Shown here: piece by piece, positions 1-12,630 of the stretch
How positions within the stretch are numbered: position 1 is the stretch's first letter
How the letters are laid out: each line of letters begins with the position of its first letter
Origin: Eledone cirrhosa
Taxonomy: Eukaryota
Assembly: GCA_964016885.1 (NCBI GenBank)
Contig: OZ024751.1
Coordinates: 43,896,001 to 43,960,000, forward strand
Direction of reading: 5' to 3'
DNA: 64,000 bases
Translations under genes and position numbers: made by a program
Notes under the pieces: model-generated
Database searches by the model: none
What the model was told of the DNA's origin: nothing
What the model saw: the letters and a program-made list of their open reading frames with translations, nothing else

Positions 1-64
1 TATATCCATATACATACGTACATACATACTTATATCCATATACATACGTACATACATACATACA

Positions 65-95
<31 letters not shown>

Positions 96-227
96 CTATA
101 TACTTATATAATACATATTTACATATATATATAAATACATGCATGAATATATACATACATACTTACATACTTATATCCATATACATACGTACATACATAC
201 TTATATCCATATACATACGTACATACA

Positions 228-258
<31 letters not shown>

Positions 259-386
259 CTATATACTTATATAATACATATTTACATATATATATAAATA
301 CATGCATGAATATATACATACATACTTACATACTTATATCCATATACATACGTACATACATACTTATATCCATATACATACGTACA

Positions 387-417
<31 letters not shown>

Positions 418-561
418 CTATATACTTATATAATACATATTTACATATATATATAAATACATGCATGAATATATACATACATACTTACATACTTATATCC
501 ATATACATACGTACATACATACTTATATCCATATACATACGTACATACATACATACATACA

Positions 562-592
<31 letters not shown>

Positions 593-720
593 CTATATAC
601 TTATATAATACATATTTACATATATATATAAATACATGCATGAATATATACATACATACTTACATACTTACATCCATATACATACGTACATACATACTTA
701 TATCCATATACATACGTACA

Positions 721-751
<31 letters not shown>

Positions 752-879
752 CTATATACTTATATAATACATATATACATATATATATAAATACATGCAT
801 GAATATATACATACATACTTACATACTTATATCCATATACATACGTACATACATACTTATATCCATATACATACGTACA

Positions 880-910
<31 letters not shown>

Positions 911-1046
911 CTATATACTTATATAATACATATTTACATATATATATAAATACATGCATGAATATATACATACATACTTACATACTTATATCCATATACA
1001 TACGTACATACATACTTATATCCATATACATACGTACATACATACA

Positions 1047-1077
<31 letters not shown>

Positions 1078-1205
1078 CTATATACTTATATAATACATAT
1101 TTACATATATATATAAATACATGCATGAATATATACATACATACTTACATACTTATATCCATATACATACGTACATACATACTTATATCCATATACATAC
1201 GTACA

Positions 1206-1236
<31 letters not shown>

Positions 1237-1262
1237 CTATATACTTATATAATACATATATA
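1..1262. repeat. Higher-order tandem repeat (about 160-175 bp unit, about 8 copies) built on (TACA)n
   Basis: The landmark GCATGAATAT recurs near 141, 304, 463, 638, 797, 956 and 1123; unit length varies with the (ACAT)n count. Confidence 0.9.
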
Positions 1263-1449
1263 CATCAACCCCCCCCCCCCCCCCCACACACTGCTGATGC
1301 ACCCCCGGCCACCACCACCACCGACCACTATCAGCGCCAACACCACCGCCGCCACCATCCATAATCCCTATTCGTGTTGATGTTCTCTATTAGCTAATTA
1401 GTTTATTAATCTCATTAGATGGCTGGTCATTATATATATATATATATAT

Positions 1450-1584
<135 letters not shown>

Positions 1585-1675
1585 CATATATATATATAAT
1601 ATTTATATATATATATACAGACACACACACACACACATTATATATATATAATATTTATATATATATGTATGTATA

Positions 1676-1729
<54 letters not shown>

Positions 1730-1739
1730 TGTATATATG

Positions 1740-1902
<163 letters not shown>

Positions 1903-2835
1903 AACAAGGGGAGAAGAATACTGCATGGTTGCACATGGATTACATATTATAAAATTAGTCCCTCATCAGTGATTTGCCAACCATCATTGGTATTTCATCG
2001 CATTCACTTTGATCTTAGTCAAAAGATATGTGTATATATGTGTATATGTGTATAACTGTGTGTATATGTGTGTATATATGTATATATTTGTGTATATGTG
2101 TATATGTGTATGTATGTATATGTATGTGTGTAAATGTATATGTATGTGTGTATATGTGTGTATGTGTGTATGTGTGTATATCTGTATGCGTGTGTATATG
2201 TATGTGTGTATATGTGTGTGTGTATATGTATGTGTGTATATGTGTATGTATGTGTGTATATGTGTGTGTGTATATGTGTGTGTGTATATGTATGTGTGTA
2301 TATGTATGTGTGTATATGTATGTGTGTATATGTGTATGTGTGTATATGTGTGTGTGTATATGTATGTATGTGTGTATATGTGTGTGTGTATATGTATGTA
2401 TGTGTATGTATGTGTGTATATGTATATGTGTGTGTGTATATGTATGTGTGTATATGTATGTGTGTCTATGTGTATGTATGTGTGTACGGCTGTCCTGTCA
2501 GTGTCACCGTCAACTAATCACTGATCCATTCAATTGTGTATCTAATCAAGTATCGATACTTCAAGCAGAGGGAGTTTGGATAACACACACACACACACAC
2601 ATATACACACATACACACGCATACACATACACACACACACACATATACACCCACACATACACACACACATGCACACACACATACACACATATACACATAT
2701 ACACAAACACACACACATACATACACATACACACACATACATACACACACATTCACACATACACACACACATATACTCACACACACATGCATACACAAAC
2801 ATACAAACATATACACACACACACATCACACACAA

Positions 2836-2959
<124 letters not shown>

Positions 2960-3014
2960 TTTTTAATGGTTTTGTGTAATAAAGACACAAAACATTTTCA
3001 GAGTTAAGGACTCA

Positions 3015-4128
3015 TCTATATATATAAAACTGTGGTTGTCTGTCTGTCTATCGATTTTTGGCACACATCTCCTTTTAGAATCTCTCACGGAATTGCACTG
3101 AAATTGCTATACTTGTACATTGAGCCCTAGCGAAGACATCGGAAAAAAAATATTTCAAATTGACCCACCCTATGTGACGAAATCGAATATAATGTATCGA
3201 TTTTTGAGCGTAAGTTATCAGTTATTTCCCTTTGTTCTGTTTACATTGAGCGTCTTACGTAAAAAATTACGCTGGCTTTCTCAGTCTTTGTTAATAAATA
3301 ACCAGTGCAGTTTTTATCCCCAGCATCCTCTTTTGTTATAACATTCGGGTTATCGTTATGTTTTCTTAACTTCATAAGGCATATTGTTGGTTGAGGGAAT
3401 ATTAATCAAAAACACCACATGCAAGTCTGCACAGTAGACACTACAGTTTTTAAGCCAAAAAAGAAACTTAGCATTGTAACTTTAACACAGCTACTGAGCG
3501 ACCCCGTTTTGCTTCATTTCCATTTAAAAGCATTTTAAAACAATATTTTTACTTGAAAACAAGTCTATTTAAAGACTACGTAAAACAAGCAAATATTTCG
3601 TCGTTAGGCGTGCAGACAGACAGTCGTGCAGACAGACAGTCGTGCAGAGAGGTGATATACGCGTGCAGACAGATAGTCGTGCAGAGAGGTGATATAGGCG
3701 TGCAGACAGACAGTCGTGCAGAGAGGTGATATAGGCGTGCAGACAGACAGTCGTGCAGAGAGGTGATATAGGCGTGCAGACAGACAGTCGTGCAGAGAGG
3801 TGATATAGGCGTGCAGACAGACATAACTGATAATTTGGTTACGCTAATGTTTTTCTCTGCGTTGCAGTGTTTACATTTTCGATCTTTGTTAATAAATAAC
3901 CAGTGCAGTTTCTATCCCCAGCATCCTCTTTTGTTATAACATTCGGGTTATCGTTATGTTTTCTTAACTTCATAAGGCATATTGTTGGTTGAGGGAATAT
4001 TAATCAAAAACACCACATGCAAGTCTGCACAGTAGACACTACAGTTTTTAAGCCAAGAAAGAAACTTAACATTGTAACTTTAACACAGCTACTGAGCGAC
4101 CCCGAGCAACGCCGGGCTTTACTGCTAG
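3015..4128 (+). mobile_element. Non-autonomous Helitron (Lep1-like architecture)
   Basis: Inserted between A(3014) and T(4129). 5' end TCTATATATATAAAA followed by (GTCT)n. 3' hairpin CCCGAGCAACGCCGGG then CTAG at 4125-4128. Contains an internal ~220-bp duplication and a 37-bp minisatellite. Confidence 0.8.
3608..3822. repeat. 37-bp minisatellite (about 5 copies) inside the Helitron
   Basis: Unit GCGTGCAGACAGACAGTCGTGCAGAGAGGTGATATAG. Confidence 0.9.
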
Positions 4129-4479
4129 TATACAATATAAGAAGTCAATATAATGATTTCTACTTAGGGCAGAAGGACTAATGTTTCTTGGAGGTTAGGG
4201 AAGGATAAAGTCAATTAAATCGACTCCAGTGCATTACTGGTACTATATGTTATCGGCCATGTAAGGATGAAAGGCAAAGCTAACCTCAGTAGGATTTGAA
4301 CTCAGACTGTAAAGGGACAGCACGTTGCGTCATCGAACAAGACACTTTATTACATATATCAAAAGGTCATCGTTGTCAAACACTGACTTAGGTTAACTCT
4401 CCCTTGGAACTACATTAAGGGTACCACGTATCTGGAATGGTCATTTAACCATTTGCCCGTTAATTTCCCGAGTAGGCTG

Positions 4480-4810
4480 GTCTTTGGAGTAACGTTACTT
4501 GATAAAGTGCTTAACTCGGAAATCAGAGAGTCGCTCCAGTTTGAGCCGCCGTTTCTCCGAATTGAGAGATTACAGGTCCGATATTATGGCCATGTGGTTA
4601 GAATGTCTCAGGAATTAATGGCTGGATAGATTTTAAGGGCAAAATCAACCGGCAAGAGACCCAGGGATAGACCCTGAGCAAGATGGTTAGATAATATCCA
4701 TGAGCTTGGTTGGTCTTGCTTGGGGATCCAGCCAGAACAATTGGAGACGATTGTTTCTGACATAACCCACTTGAAAGTGTGTTTGAGGATTATCCCAGGA
4801 CCAAGTGGGC
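4480..4810 (+). mobile_element. Degenerate RTE-clade LINE 3' fragment
   Basis: Translates EPPFLRIERLQVRYYGHVVRMSQE...GKRPRDRP*ARWLDNI with stops, matching the 'GHV.RM...GKRPRGRP..RW.D' C-terminus of RTE ORFs. Confidence 0.7.
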
Positions 4811-4884
4811 GAAGAAGAAGGTTGTTCCGTAGAACGAACAACTGGAATACTCCTCGTCGCAACCGATTGAGGTCCAATACTTAC

Positions 4885-5075
4885 CTGGAACAGGGATTTG
4901 TAGGCGTCTTTCAGTGCGGGGTCGCTGTCGTTTTGTAGTTGCCATGGGTTGTAGATTGTGTTGGCAAGATGTTTATAATTGAAGAACACATAGGAACCAT
5001 CGGTCATACCCCGTTGGTGAGCACGGAGAAAGATCTGGCTTTCGTCCCTCTGATTCTCTGTACAGATAAGGACAA
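4885..5075 (-). CDS. Coding exon 4 of the receptor guanylyl cyclase-like gene
   Basis: Acceptor TTTCCATTGCAG|, donor CAG|GTAAGT, phase 1 in and phase 0 out. Translates IVLICTENQRDESQIFLRAHQRGMTDGSYVFFNY...NPWQ...DAYKSLFQ; 'R.IVLC...A...GMT.G.YVF...PW...AY' is characteristic of NPR-A/B-like receptors. No further exon was recognised in 1-4884. Confidence 0.9.
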
Positions 5076-5343
5076 CTGCAATGGAAATATGTAATATAAG
5101 GTGGGCGTGGATTGTGGTTGGAGTGGTTATAGTGGGTGTGTATTGTGCAGAGGCGTAACTGGGATATATGGCAAGCATGGCACGTGCCATAATAGCCACA
5201 CAAAGGAGGCGCCACTTGTACTAGTAGCACGTTCTATTGAAGTCAAATAAACCTCGCCGGAGAGGGAAAAAATAAACTCCTTCAGATGTATGATCTGTCT
5301 CTGATTATCATGGCTGAGAACACTATGGTGGCTGGATTATTAA

Positions 5344-5438
<95 letters not shown>

Positions 5439-5450
5439 TGTGTGTGTGTG

Positions 5451-5500
<50 letters not shown>

Positions 5501-5669
5501 TATATATATATAAATATACATATATATATATATTGTTATGCTTTGGGAGGGTCATGTTGCCAATAAGAAACACACGCACCAGTTGCTTTCACTCCAATTT
5601 ATTATAAATTTAATTTATAAATTTCCGGTTGGTTGGTTGGTTCCATAACCGGACGGTTGTTCATATATT

Positions 5670-5712
5670 GTCAAAGTTCTTTCGTCACACATTCTGTGAC
5701 CTCTTCAGTGAC
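5670..5712 (-). ncRNA. Minimal type I hammerhead ribozyme motif (intron 3, sense to host gene)
   Basis: Minus strand reads GTCA CTGAAGA G GTCACA gaatg TGTGAC GAAA G aa C TT TGAC: 4-bp stem I, intact core, 6-bp stem II with one extra G, 2-bp stem III, CUU cleavage triplet. Confidence 0.55.
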
Positions 5713-6127
5713 TGGCGATTCTTTTCTTTGTTTTGTGCCTCTCCTTTGTTCTGTCCTACGCCATCTTGTTTTTGCGTGTGTTGTTTGCTTAGTTTGCGCA
5801 TGTGTTACACCCGGGTGTCTGTGTGTGTTTTTATTTGTTTATTTATTTGTTTATTTACATGTTACTGGTTGGTTGTTTGTTCTATGTGTGTGTGTTTTCA
5901 TTTTGTCCTTAATTGTAAGTTGTGATGTTGCTGTTCCATTCATGTTTTCTATTTAATTTTGGTTGCAGTTAATTTATGTTTATTGCCTCTGTGATTTGTC
6001 TAAACATTGCGTCTTTTCTGTGTGTAGATTCTATTTTTATTTCTATGTTCTCTAATTTGCCCTTATGTTCTATTTTAGCATGTTGGTGGAGTATTGATGA
6101 TTCTTTTTTATCTTGAAGTTCTCGCCA

Positions 6128-6435
6128 GTGAGGATGAAGAACTCAGAGCTGTATGGGAGCCTCCCAAAAGTCAGCTCGAGAGTAACACAGAGGAGACTGA
6201 GGTTAGCTGAACATGGCAGCGATGATGAGGGACAGAGACCGCTGGAGAGAACTCGCCCATGGATCTCGGGAGTTTTACCTGCCCTATATATATATATATC
6301 AGCCTCCTCTGTGTTACTCTCGAGCTGACGTTTGGGAGGCTCCCATACAGCTCTGAGTTCTTCATCCTCAGTGTATACTGATTAATGTTCAGAGCCATCC
6401 TCAGCATTCTCGTGTAGCACCCATCCACCATCTGA

Positions 6436-6436
<1 letters not shown>
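6128..6436. mobile_element. Rearranged RTE LINE 3' fragments in opposite orientations around a (TA)n tract
   Basis: Plus part: [25 protein letters not shown], then an internal deletion jumping to the 3' end. Minus part: [35 protein letters not shown]. Same family as 43490-43988. Confidence 0.85.
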
Positions 6437-6506
<70 letters not shown>

Positions 6507-6560
6507 CATCCATCTCTCTCTCTCTCTCTATATATATACATCCATCCATCTCTCTCTCTC

Positions 6561-6667
<107 letters not shown>

Positions 6668-6967
6668 TTATTAGACCCATAGGCAAAGATACAGTGCTTG
6701 GAATTACATGGGTGGCAGGGTGCGCAATTCCACTGCTTGCTATAGGTGCTATTTTCCCTAGTTATGCCTCTGGTATTGTGGGAGGGAGTTGTGTTGTGTG
6801 TGTGTGAGTGTACCAGAGGTGTACGGTAGGTGGGGGAAGTTATAGCGGATGTGTATTATGGGTGGGAGAGGTATTGTAAGTAGGCGGGATTATGCTGTGT
6901 TATTGTTTTTTTTAGGTAGCGTAAAATAGAAGTTAACCAAAAGAATGATTAATAACTAATGACATAC

Positions 6968-7330
6968 TTCTCCCACGCTCGGAAATCATGTCCAGCAGCT
7001 CCTCAATGGCCGTATCGGAGAGATTATCGGACAACAGCTGCCAATCAGCAACGGTCATGTTGCTTTTGCGGATCGCTTCGTCCACTGACCGAGCTGCGTA
7101 GTCACAAAATACATTCAATTGGTCAATCTTTCGTCGGGACACGATCACTATCCGTGACCAGTTGAAAAACTTGCAGAGCTGGACAAAGGCACCGCCCAGT
7201 TTGTTCAGGGTGGGAGCTATCCTTACTAAGGTAGAAAACACTTTCTTGTCGGCCAGAACCGGATCCGTTGACGCATGCGTGAACATCGGTAAATTCCAAA
7301 AAGCCGAGAGTAGCCCGGATGATTTGGTGG
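6968..7330 (-). CDS. Coding exon 3 of the receptor guanylyl cyclase-like gene
   Basis: Acceptor CTCCTTTTTTCCTCAG|, donor |GTATGT, 363 nt, phase 1/1. Translates STKSSGLLSAFWNLPMFTHASTDPVLADKKVFSTLVRIAP...FFNWSRIVIV...ERGR, matching 'WNLPM...L.DK..F.TL.R..P...F.W' of ANF-receptor domains. Confidence 0.9.
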
Positions 7331-7358
7331 CTGAGGAAAAAAGGAGATTGAATACTTA

Positions 7359-7400
<42 letters not shown>

Positions 7401-7482
7401 ATAATAATAAAATTGAAGACTAAAATCCAAAGAGGGCTCGATAAGGAAAATATATATCAAATATATAAGAACCGTAGAGCAA

Positions 7483-9380
7483 ATATTTATTAAAATAACA
7501 GATTAAAGTTTAAGCAAAGAATCGCTGCTTTCACCCTTAACGGGATCTTCTGAAACTAACAAAGTCAATCTGTAAACGCAGAACTGGATATTTCAAAAAA
7601 CGTTGCAACCGGAGGAAGACGGGAAGACGATACTTTGGTTCGTGGCAACGTTCGCTGGCAAAGAAAGGGAAAAGCATATACAGAGTACGAAAATAGACCT
7701 AGAAGAAATAGATCCCGTCGCATTTGTTGGTTTAACCCACCATATAATATGGAGGTGGCCACACCATTAGCTAAGATCTTTCTTTCCCTTATTACGAAGC
7801 ATTTTCCCCCTACACATAAATATAGTAACATTTTTAATAGAAATACTATTAAAATTTCTTACTCTACGACTCCTAACCTTGCACATAACATCACAGCTTC
7901 AAATTTAGCTAAACTACCTAGCCGTAGGAACACGTGCAACCGTGTAGTTAGTACTAACTGTAATTGTAGGAATCGGGCTGATTGCTCCCTATCCGGGAAA
8001 TGCCTCTCTAGTAACATTGTCTACAAATGTAAGGTTGTAACACCCACGTCCCATAGGGCCTACATAGGGTTAACCGCCAATAGTTTCAAGCAGCGTCTTT
8101 ACATGCATACCCATTCTTTTCGCTACCCTCTAAGAAGGAATATGACGTCACTTTCAGCTTATATCTGGAGTCTAAAAGATAACCACACCCAATATAAGTT
8201 ACACTGGGAGATCCTAGCTAGGGCTAGATCGTATAACGGAAATAAAAGACCATGTGACCTCTGCACCGCTGAGGCCCTGGAAATACTCTACGCCACAGAC
8301 CACATCTTAAACAAAAAATCTGAGGCAATTTCGGCTTGTAAACATAAATTGCACAAAACTTTCCTGTATTACAGCCCCACGTTATACCCTAACGGATAGC
8401 ACGATCTATACGTGGATATTTTACGTCTTGATGTGGGAGCTAAGTATATGTTTTGTTTATTCCTTTACTTATTTGCATAGGTAAGTATATATTACCCGTA
8501 TGTTTTGTGAAGGTATGTATACTTTCTCGTACGTATATTTGACTGTTATGGCGTATAATTTTTACATAGTCTGGTATTTAGGGTTTGGCTATGTGTATAC
8601 GGGAGTTTTGCGTCTGCGTGAGTATGCAGGTTCGTACGTATGGTGGGTGTGTGTATATGTGTACTTCTTGTTTTAGTTGACTTACGTCTCCGAACATTCG
8701 TGTATTTATATGTAGGTATGCGTGTGCGCTTGTTATATACGTATTTATTTACTTATATACGTTTATATAATTATTTATTTATTTGTACACAAGCATACAC
8801 ACACACACATATTTATATGTGCGTGGTTTTGTATACCTATGGTAAGGTTTTGCGTATGCTTATGTATGTACGTATCTGTTTGCGTGTATGTATTTATTTG
8901 TTTCTATTACTTCTGTATTGTATTTATTTACTTTGTTCTTAACTCTGTAGCGGAGATTCATTTGGTCTCCTAGTTAGAATTTTGCTATACCATTTACGTG
9001 GTTTTGTCTTTGCGTGCTACTGTTCTCCACGCTCCACATATGACTTATTATCTTCGTTTTTTCGTTCATTGTCAGAGAAAGTCTCTATGAACCACATAAG
9101 AGAACATTAGTCTACGACCTCTTTTATACCATAAACGTGGTTCTGTCTTTGCGCGTAATTGTTTTTCACCGCTCCTATTAATGACGTATTGTTCGTTTTT
9201 TCCCTTTCTTTGCCAGCGAACGTTACCACGAACCAAAGTATCGTCTTCCTGTCTTCCTCCAGTTGCAACGTTTTTTGAAATATCCAGTTCTGCGTTTACA
9301 GATTGACTTTGTTAGTTTCAGAAGATCCCGTTAAGGGTGAAAGCAGCGATTCTTTGCTTAAACTTTAATCTGTTATTTTA

Positions 9381-9388
<8 letters not shown>
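7483..9388 (+). mobile_element. 5'-truncated Penelope-like element (GIY-YIG endonuclease end, probably Naiad-type) with ~190-bp inverted terminal copies
   Basis: ORF 7635-8399 has WFNPPY, IFNRNTIKISYS, CNC...C..SGKC, IVYKC...YIG.T...FKQR...H, CDLC..E...LN....C.H. 7483-7673 is the reverse complement of 9198-9388. Flanked by (TA)n. Clade assignment is from memory of motifs. Confidence 0.88.
7675..8399 (+). pseudogene. Penelope-like RT-thumb/linker plus GIY-YIG endonuclease coding fragment
   Basis: Uninterrupted ~240-codon frame with VYK/YIG GIY-YIG motifs. The RT core is missing and the track's start codon lies in the inverted terminal repeat. Confidence 0.85.
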
Positions 9389-9468
<80 letters not shown>

Positions 9469-9534
9469 CGGTAAAACACTGGAAGGTAATATCCGTAGTG
9501 GTAGAGCACTCAGTCCATGGGACGAGTTAGGTAG

Positions 9535-9725
9535 AAGTGGTTACACAACAGTTAGTTCACCATACCGAGAACAATTGTTTCTCCTTAGCGGATCCTCAGC
9601 TTGTAATGGACATGGTTATACGTATAACCATATTATACGTATAACCATGTCCATTACAAGCTGAGGATTCGCTAAGGTGAAACAATTGTTCTCGGTATGG
9701 TGAACTAACTGTTGTGTAACCACTT
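9535..9725. repeat. ~190-bp near-perfect palindrome carrying a minimal hammerhead-like motif on each arm
   Basis: Minus 9603-9565: AG CTGAGGA TCC gctaa GGA GAAA C AATT G TT CT. Plus 9659-9692: the same with stem II TTC gctaa GGT. Stem III ACAATTGT is palindromic; stem I is weak. Confidence 0.75.
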
Positions 9726-9774
<49 letters not shown>

Positions 9775-9973
9775 TAAATTAGCGAGAATCGTATTTCAGC
9801 TCAGGAATTAACGAAAAACAACTTCCGAGATGTGTGGCAAGCGCTCGATGATTTATATGAATCAGAGCTACAACATACATTAAAGGCCAAACACACTGAG
9901 ATGGTGGTTAAACTTATCATCCGCACAGCCAAAAAAACGACCAAGTAATTCGGGTCAAACAATAAAAATATAT

Positions 9974-10024
<51 letters not shown>

Positions 10025-10149
10025 AAAATTAAGATAAATCAAATGAATTTAATCTAAATCAAAATTATGGGTGTCATGCCAGAAAGACATGCACCATATC
10101 ACCCGCAAAATAAGCTCTAAGATTCTAACGAGTAGGTCCGAGCATTTTA

Positions 10150-10432
10150 TAATAACTAGAGATTGATTAACATATAAATAAACATGAATAATCACAGGAG
10201 ATCATTTTTACAAGTGGGTAACCACACATAGCTAGGTAGGTAACTAAATAGAGTTGACCAGAACTTCAAAAATAGATACCTTATAATATGATTAATCTTA
10301 TTATAAGGTATCTATTTTTGAAGTTCTGGTCAACTTTATTTAGTTACCTACCTAGCTATGTGTGGTTACACACTGGTAAAAATTATCTCCTGTGATTATT
10401 CATGTTTATTTATATGTTAATCAATCTCCAGT

Positions 10433-10437
<5 letters not shown>
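10150..10437. repeat. ~290-bp near-perfect palindromic element in (TA)n; second copy at 53391-53670
   Basis: Arms ...TAACCACACATAGCTAGGTAGGTAACTAAAT...AGATACCTTATAAT and its reverse complement. The same sequence recurs at 53.4-53.7 kb. Confidence 0.85.
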
Positions 10438-10480
<43 letters not shown>

Positions 10481-10490
10481 TATTATTACT

Positions 10491-10660
10491 TTGGGAGCCC
10501 CTAAATGGACACACTAGAAGAGGAAGACCAATGTTAACATATGTTGATGCCCTAAGGACAGACACTGGTCTGTTGGAGATGCAGGATATGGCAGCGATAA
10601 TGAGGGACAGAGACCGCTGGAGAGAACTCGTCCATGGATCTCGGGAATTTTACCCGCCTT
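10491..10660 (+). mobile_element. RTE LINE 3' end fragment
   Basis: [53 protein letters not shown], the same family as 43490-43988. Confidence 0.85.
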
Positions 10661-10688
10661 AGATAGAGATAGATATATATATACATAT

Positions 10689-10832
<144 letters not shown>

Positions 10833-10968
10833 TTTGAGTATATGTTGGTTGCGCAGATTGGTTTGGTTACTCCGGGGTAATGTAAAATAAAATAAAATAA
10901 ATAAGTCAAATGTTTAAAATTTGGCTTCGTTTATTACTGCTATATATATTTCGGTGACAGCCATATAG

Positions 10969-11047
10969 ACAGGGTGTCTCCAAAAATGTATAATACTTAG
11001 AATACATGATTAGAATGTTGTATATATATTTTTTTGAGATACCTTGT
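10969..11047. mobile_element. ~80-bp Tc1/mariner-derived MITE; related copy at 53999-54077
   Basis: Imperfect TIRs CAGGGTGTCTCCAAAAATGTATA / TATATATTTTTTTGAGATACCTTG. Confidence 0.6.
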
Positions 11048-11062
11048 ATATATATATATATA

Positions 11063-11655
11063 CAGGGTGTCTAAAAAAACTGCCTCATATTTATTTTTGA
11101 CTACATTGTTCATTTTTTGACAAAAACTGATGAGAGTTCGAATATATATTGTTGAAACCATTAAAAATAACATATAAATATTAATTATCTTCTGATATTC
11201 GTGTCTAGATATACAGTACATATTCCGAGGGTCGTGTCTAGATATACAGTACATATTCCGAGGGTCGTGTCTAGATATACAGTACATATTCCGAGGGTCG
11301 TGTCTAGATATACAGTACATATTCCGAGGGATCCCCATTTGAATGTATGCAATTTTTGAGGCGCATGGTGAAATTTAGCTTAACATCTTTACAAACAGAC
11401 TTAGAGATAGCTCCGATCTCTGGTGGGTTTTTTTTAGTCCAGTGATGGTCCTAGGTTTGTTGACATATACTCTATCCTTCAGATAGCCCCCTCAAAAAGA
11501 AATCGGGGATGCTTGTGGCGGCTGAAAGCAGGGCTATGTAAGGCTCCACACAAAATCAGTCTTCAAATTGACCACACAATTTCTAAAGTTATTTTTTAGC
11601 CATTCTGGCAACTCATTGTGTATGTATGAGGGCTTGCTCCGCCTTGCTGGAACCT
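11063..11655 (-). mobile_element. Degenerate Tc1/mariner transposase remnant with one TIR
   Basis: TA-CAGGGTGTC end at 11061. The minus strand has frameshifted FQQGGASPHT...DFFLRGYLKDRVYVNKPRT, resembling FQQDGAPPH...DFFLWGYLK..VY..KP. Includes a 33-bp x4 tandem repeat at 11198-11330. Confidence 0.7.
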
Positions 11656-11736
11656 TAAGATAAGCTTTAAAGAACATTTAAGAAAAATACGGACGTACAC
11701 AGAAAGAATGAAAGATAGACAGAACGGAAGACTCAC

Positions 11737-11846
11737 ATGTGGAACATGGTGGACCAATGACTGCATCTACTTTATCTTTGTCTCGTAACAACACTAAATT
11801 GCCCACTCCTTCTTTAGCGCTGCATTTGTCGTTTCGATAATGGAGG
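11737..11846 (-). CDS. Coding exon 2 of the receptor guanylyl cyclase-like gene (not in ORF track)
   Basis: Acceptor TTGTTTTAG|, donor |GTGAGT, 110 nt, phase 2 in and phase 1 out. Translates (S)LHYRNDKCSAKEGVGNLVLLRDKDKVDAVIGPPCST, containing the D-x-C and 'VDAVIGPPCS' motifs of NPR/GC ectodomains. Confidence 0.9.
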
Positions 11847-11869
11847 CTAAAACAATGACAAAATAATAA

Positions 11870-12050
11870 TTGTTTCTACTATTGGCACAAGGCCGGCAAT
11901 TATCCCAGTACATTACTGGTACTTTATTTTATCGACACCGTAAAGAGAAAAGGCAAAGTTAACCCTCGACGGCATTTGAACTCCGATCATAAAGGGACGT
12001 AACTCTGTGCTGTAAAGCATGGCGTCCGACCCTCTACCGATACTGCCAAT
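11870..12050 (-). mobile_element. tRNA-derived SINE, major family
   Basis: A box TGGCAGTATCGG, B-box-like GAGTTCAAAT, conserved body TTGCCTTT..C.TTACGG.GTCGATAAAATAAAGTACCAG, (ATT)n tail. Other copies at about 4165-4325, 16141-16560, 27848-27948, 47693-47785, 50490-50740, 51423-51605, 57033-57212, 58720-59113 and 59993-60180. Confidence 0.85.
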
Positions 12051-12394
12051 ATATATATATACTAAATTTAGGTTTAATTGATACATATTAAATATAAAAT
12101 ATACATCGATTATGTGTCTCAATAAAAAAGCTCCACGAACATTAGTTCTGAGCATCAATTATACAATACACACACACACACACACTCTCACATACACACA
12201 CTCACACACACACACACATACACACACACACACATATATATATAAACACGCACATAAGCCAGAAACAACGACACAATCACAGCAACAGCAGCAACAACAA
12301 TAACTACAACAACCACAACACCAGATACAATAACAAACAACAACAACACCAGCAACAACAACAACAACAACAACAGAAACAATTTATTCCTTAC

Positions 12395-12630
12395 CTGATT
12401 TCAATATTGTGGAGGAGGGAGGCGTCCCTGGCCTTTTCGATAGCAAGGGTGACAGCTGAAGCTGATGTGGTCCAACCGAGGCGTATATGTGTTTTGGGAA
12501 ACATTAGACCAAGGCGGATTGTGTGGTTCTTGTTTGAGACACTGTTCACTGAGATTGAGTTCAAATCAACTGAACCCAGTATCAAGAATGACACAAGTAA
12601 AATTTGAACAACAACTTGTGATGACATCAT
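12395..12630 (-). CDS. Coding exon 1 of a natriuretic peptide receptor / receptor guanylyl cyclase-like gene (signal peptide and start of ANF-receptor ectodomain)
   Basis: ATG at 12630 gives MMSSQVVVQILLVSFLILGSVDLNS...TIRLGLMFPKTHIRLGWTTSASAVTLAIEKARDASLLHNIEI: a hydrophobic signal peptide, then the 'IGLxxP...AVTLAIE' N-terminus typical of ANF-receptor domains. Ends at donor AG|GTAAGG, phase 2. Confidence 0.85.

Noticed and set aside
4687-5199. 170-aa ORF as a standalone gene
   Set aside because: Only 4885-5075 is exon; the flanks are intron and antisense LINE read-through.
7635-8399. Selenocysteine recoding in the Penelope-like ORF
   Set aside because: Known for some Naiad elements, but this fragment has no in-frame TGA.
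11128-11155. CTGATGAGAGTTCGAATATATA hammerhead-like string
   Set aside because: GAAA core is broken, there is no stem I, and it lies in a mariner remnant.
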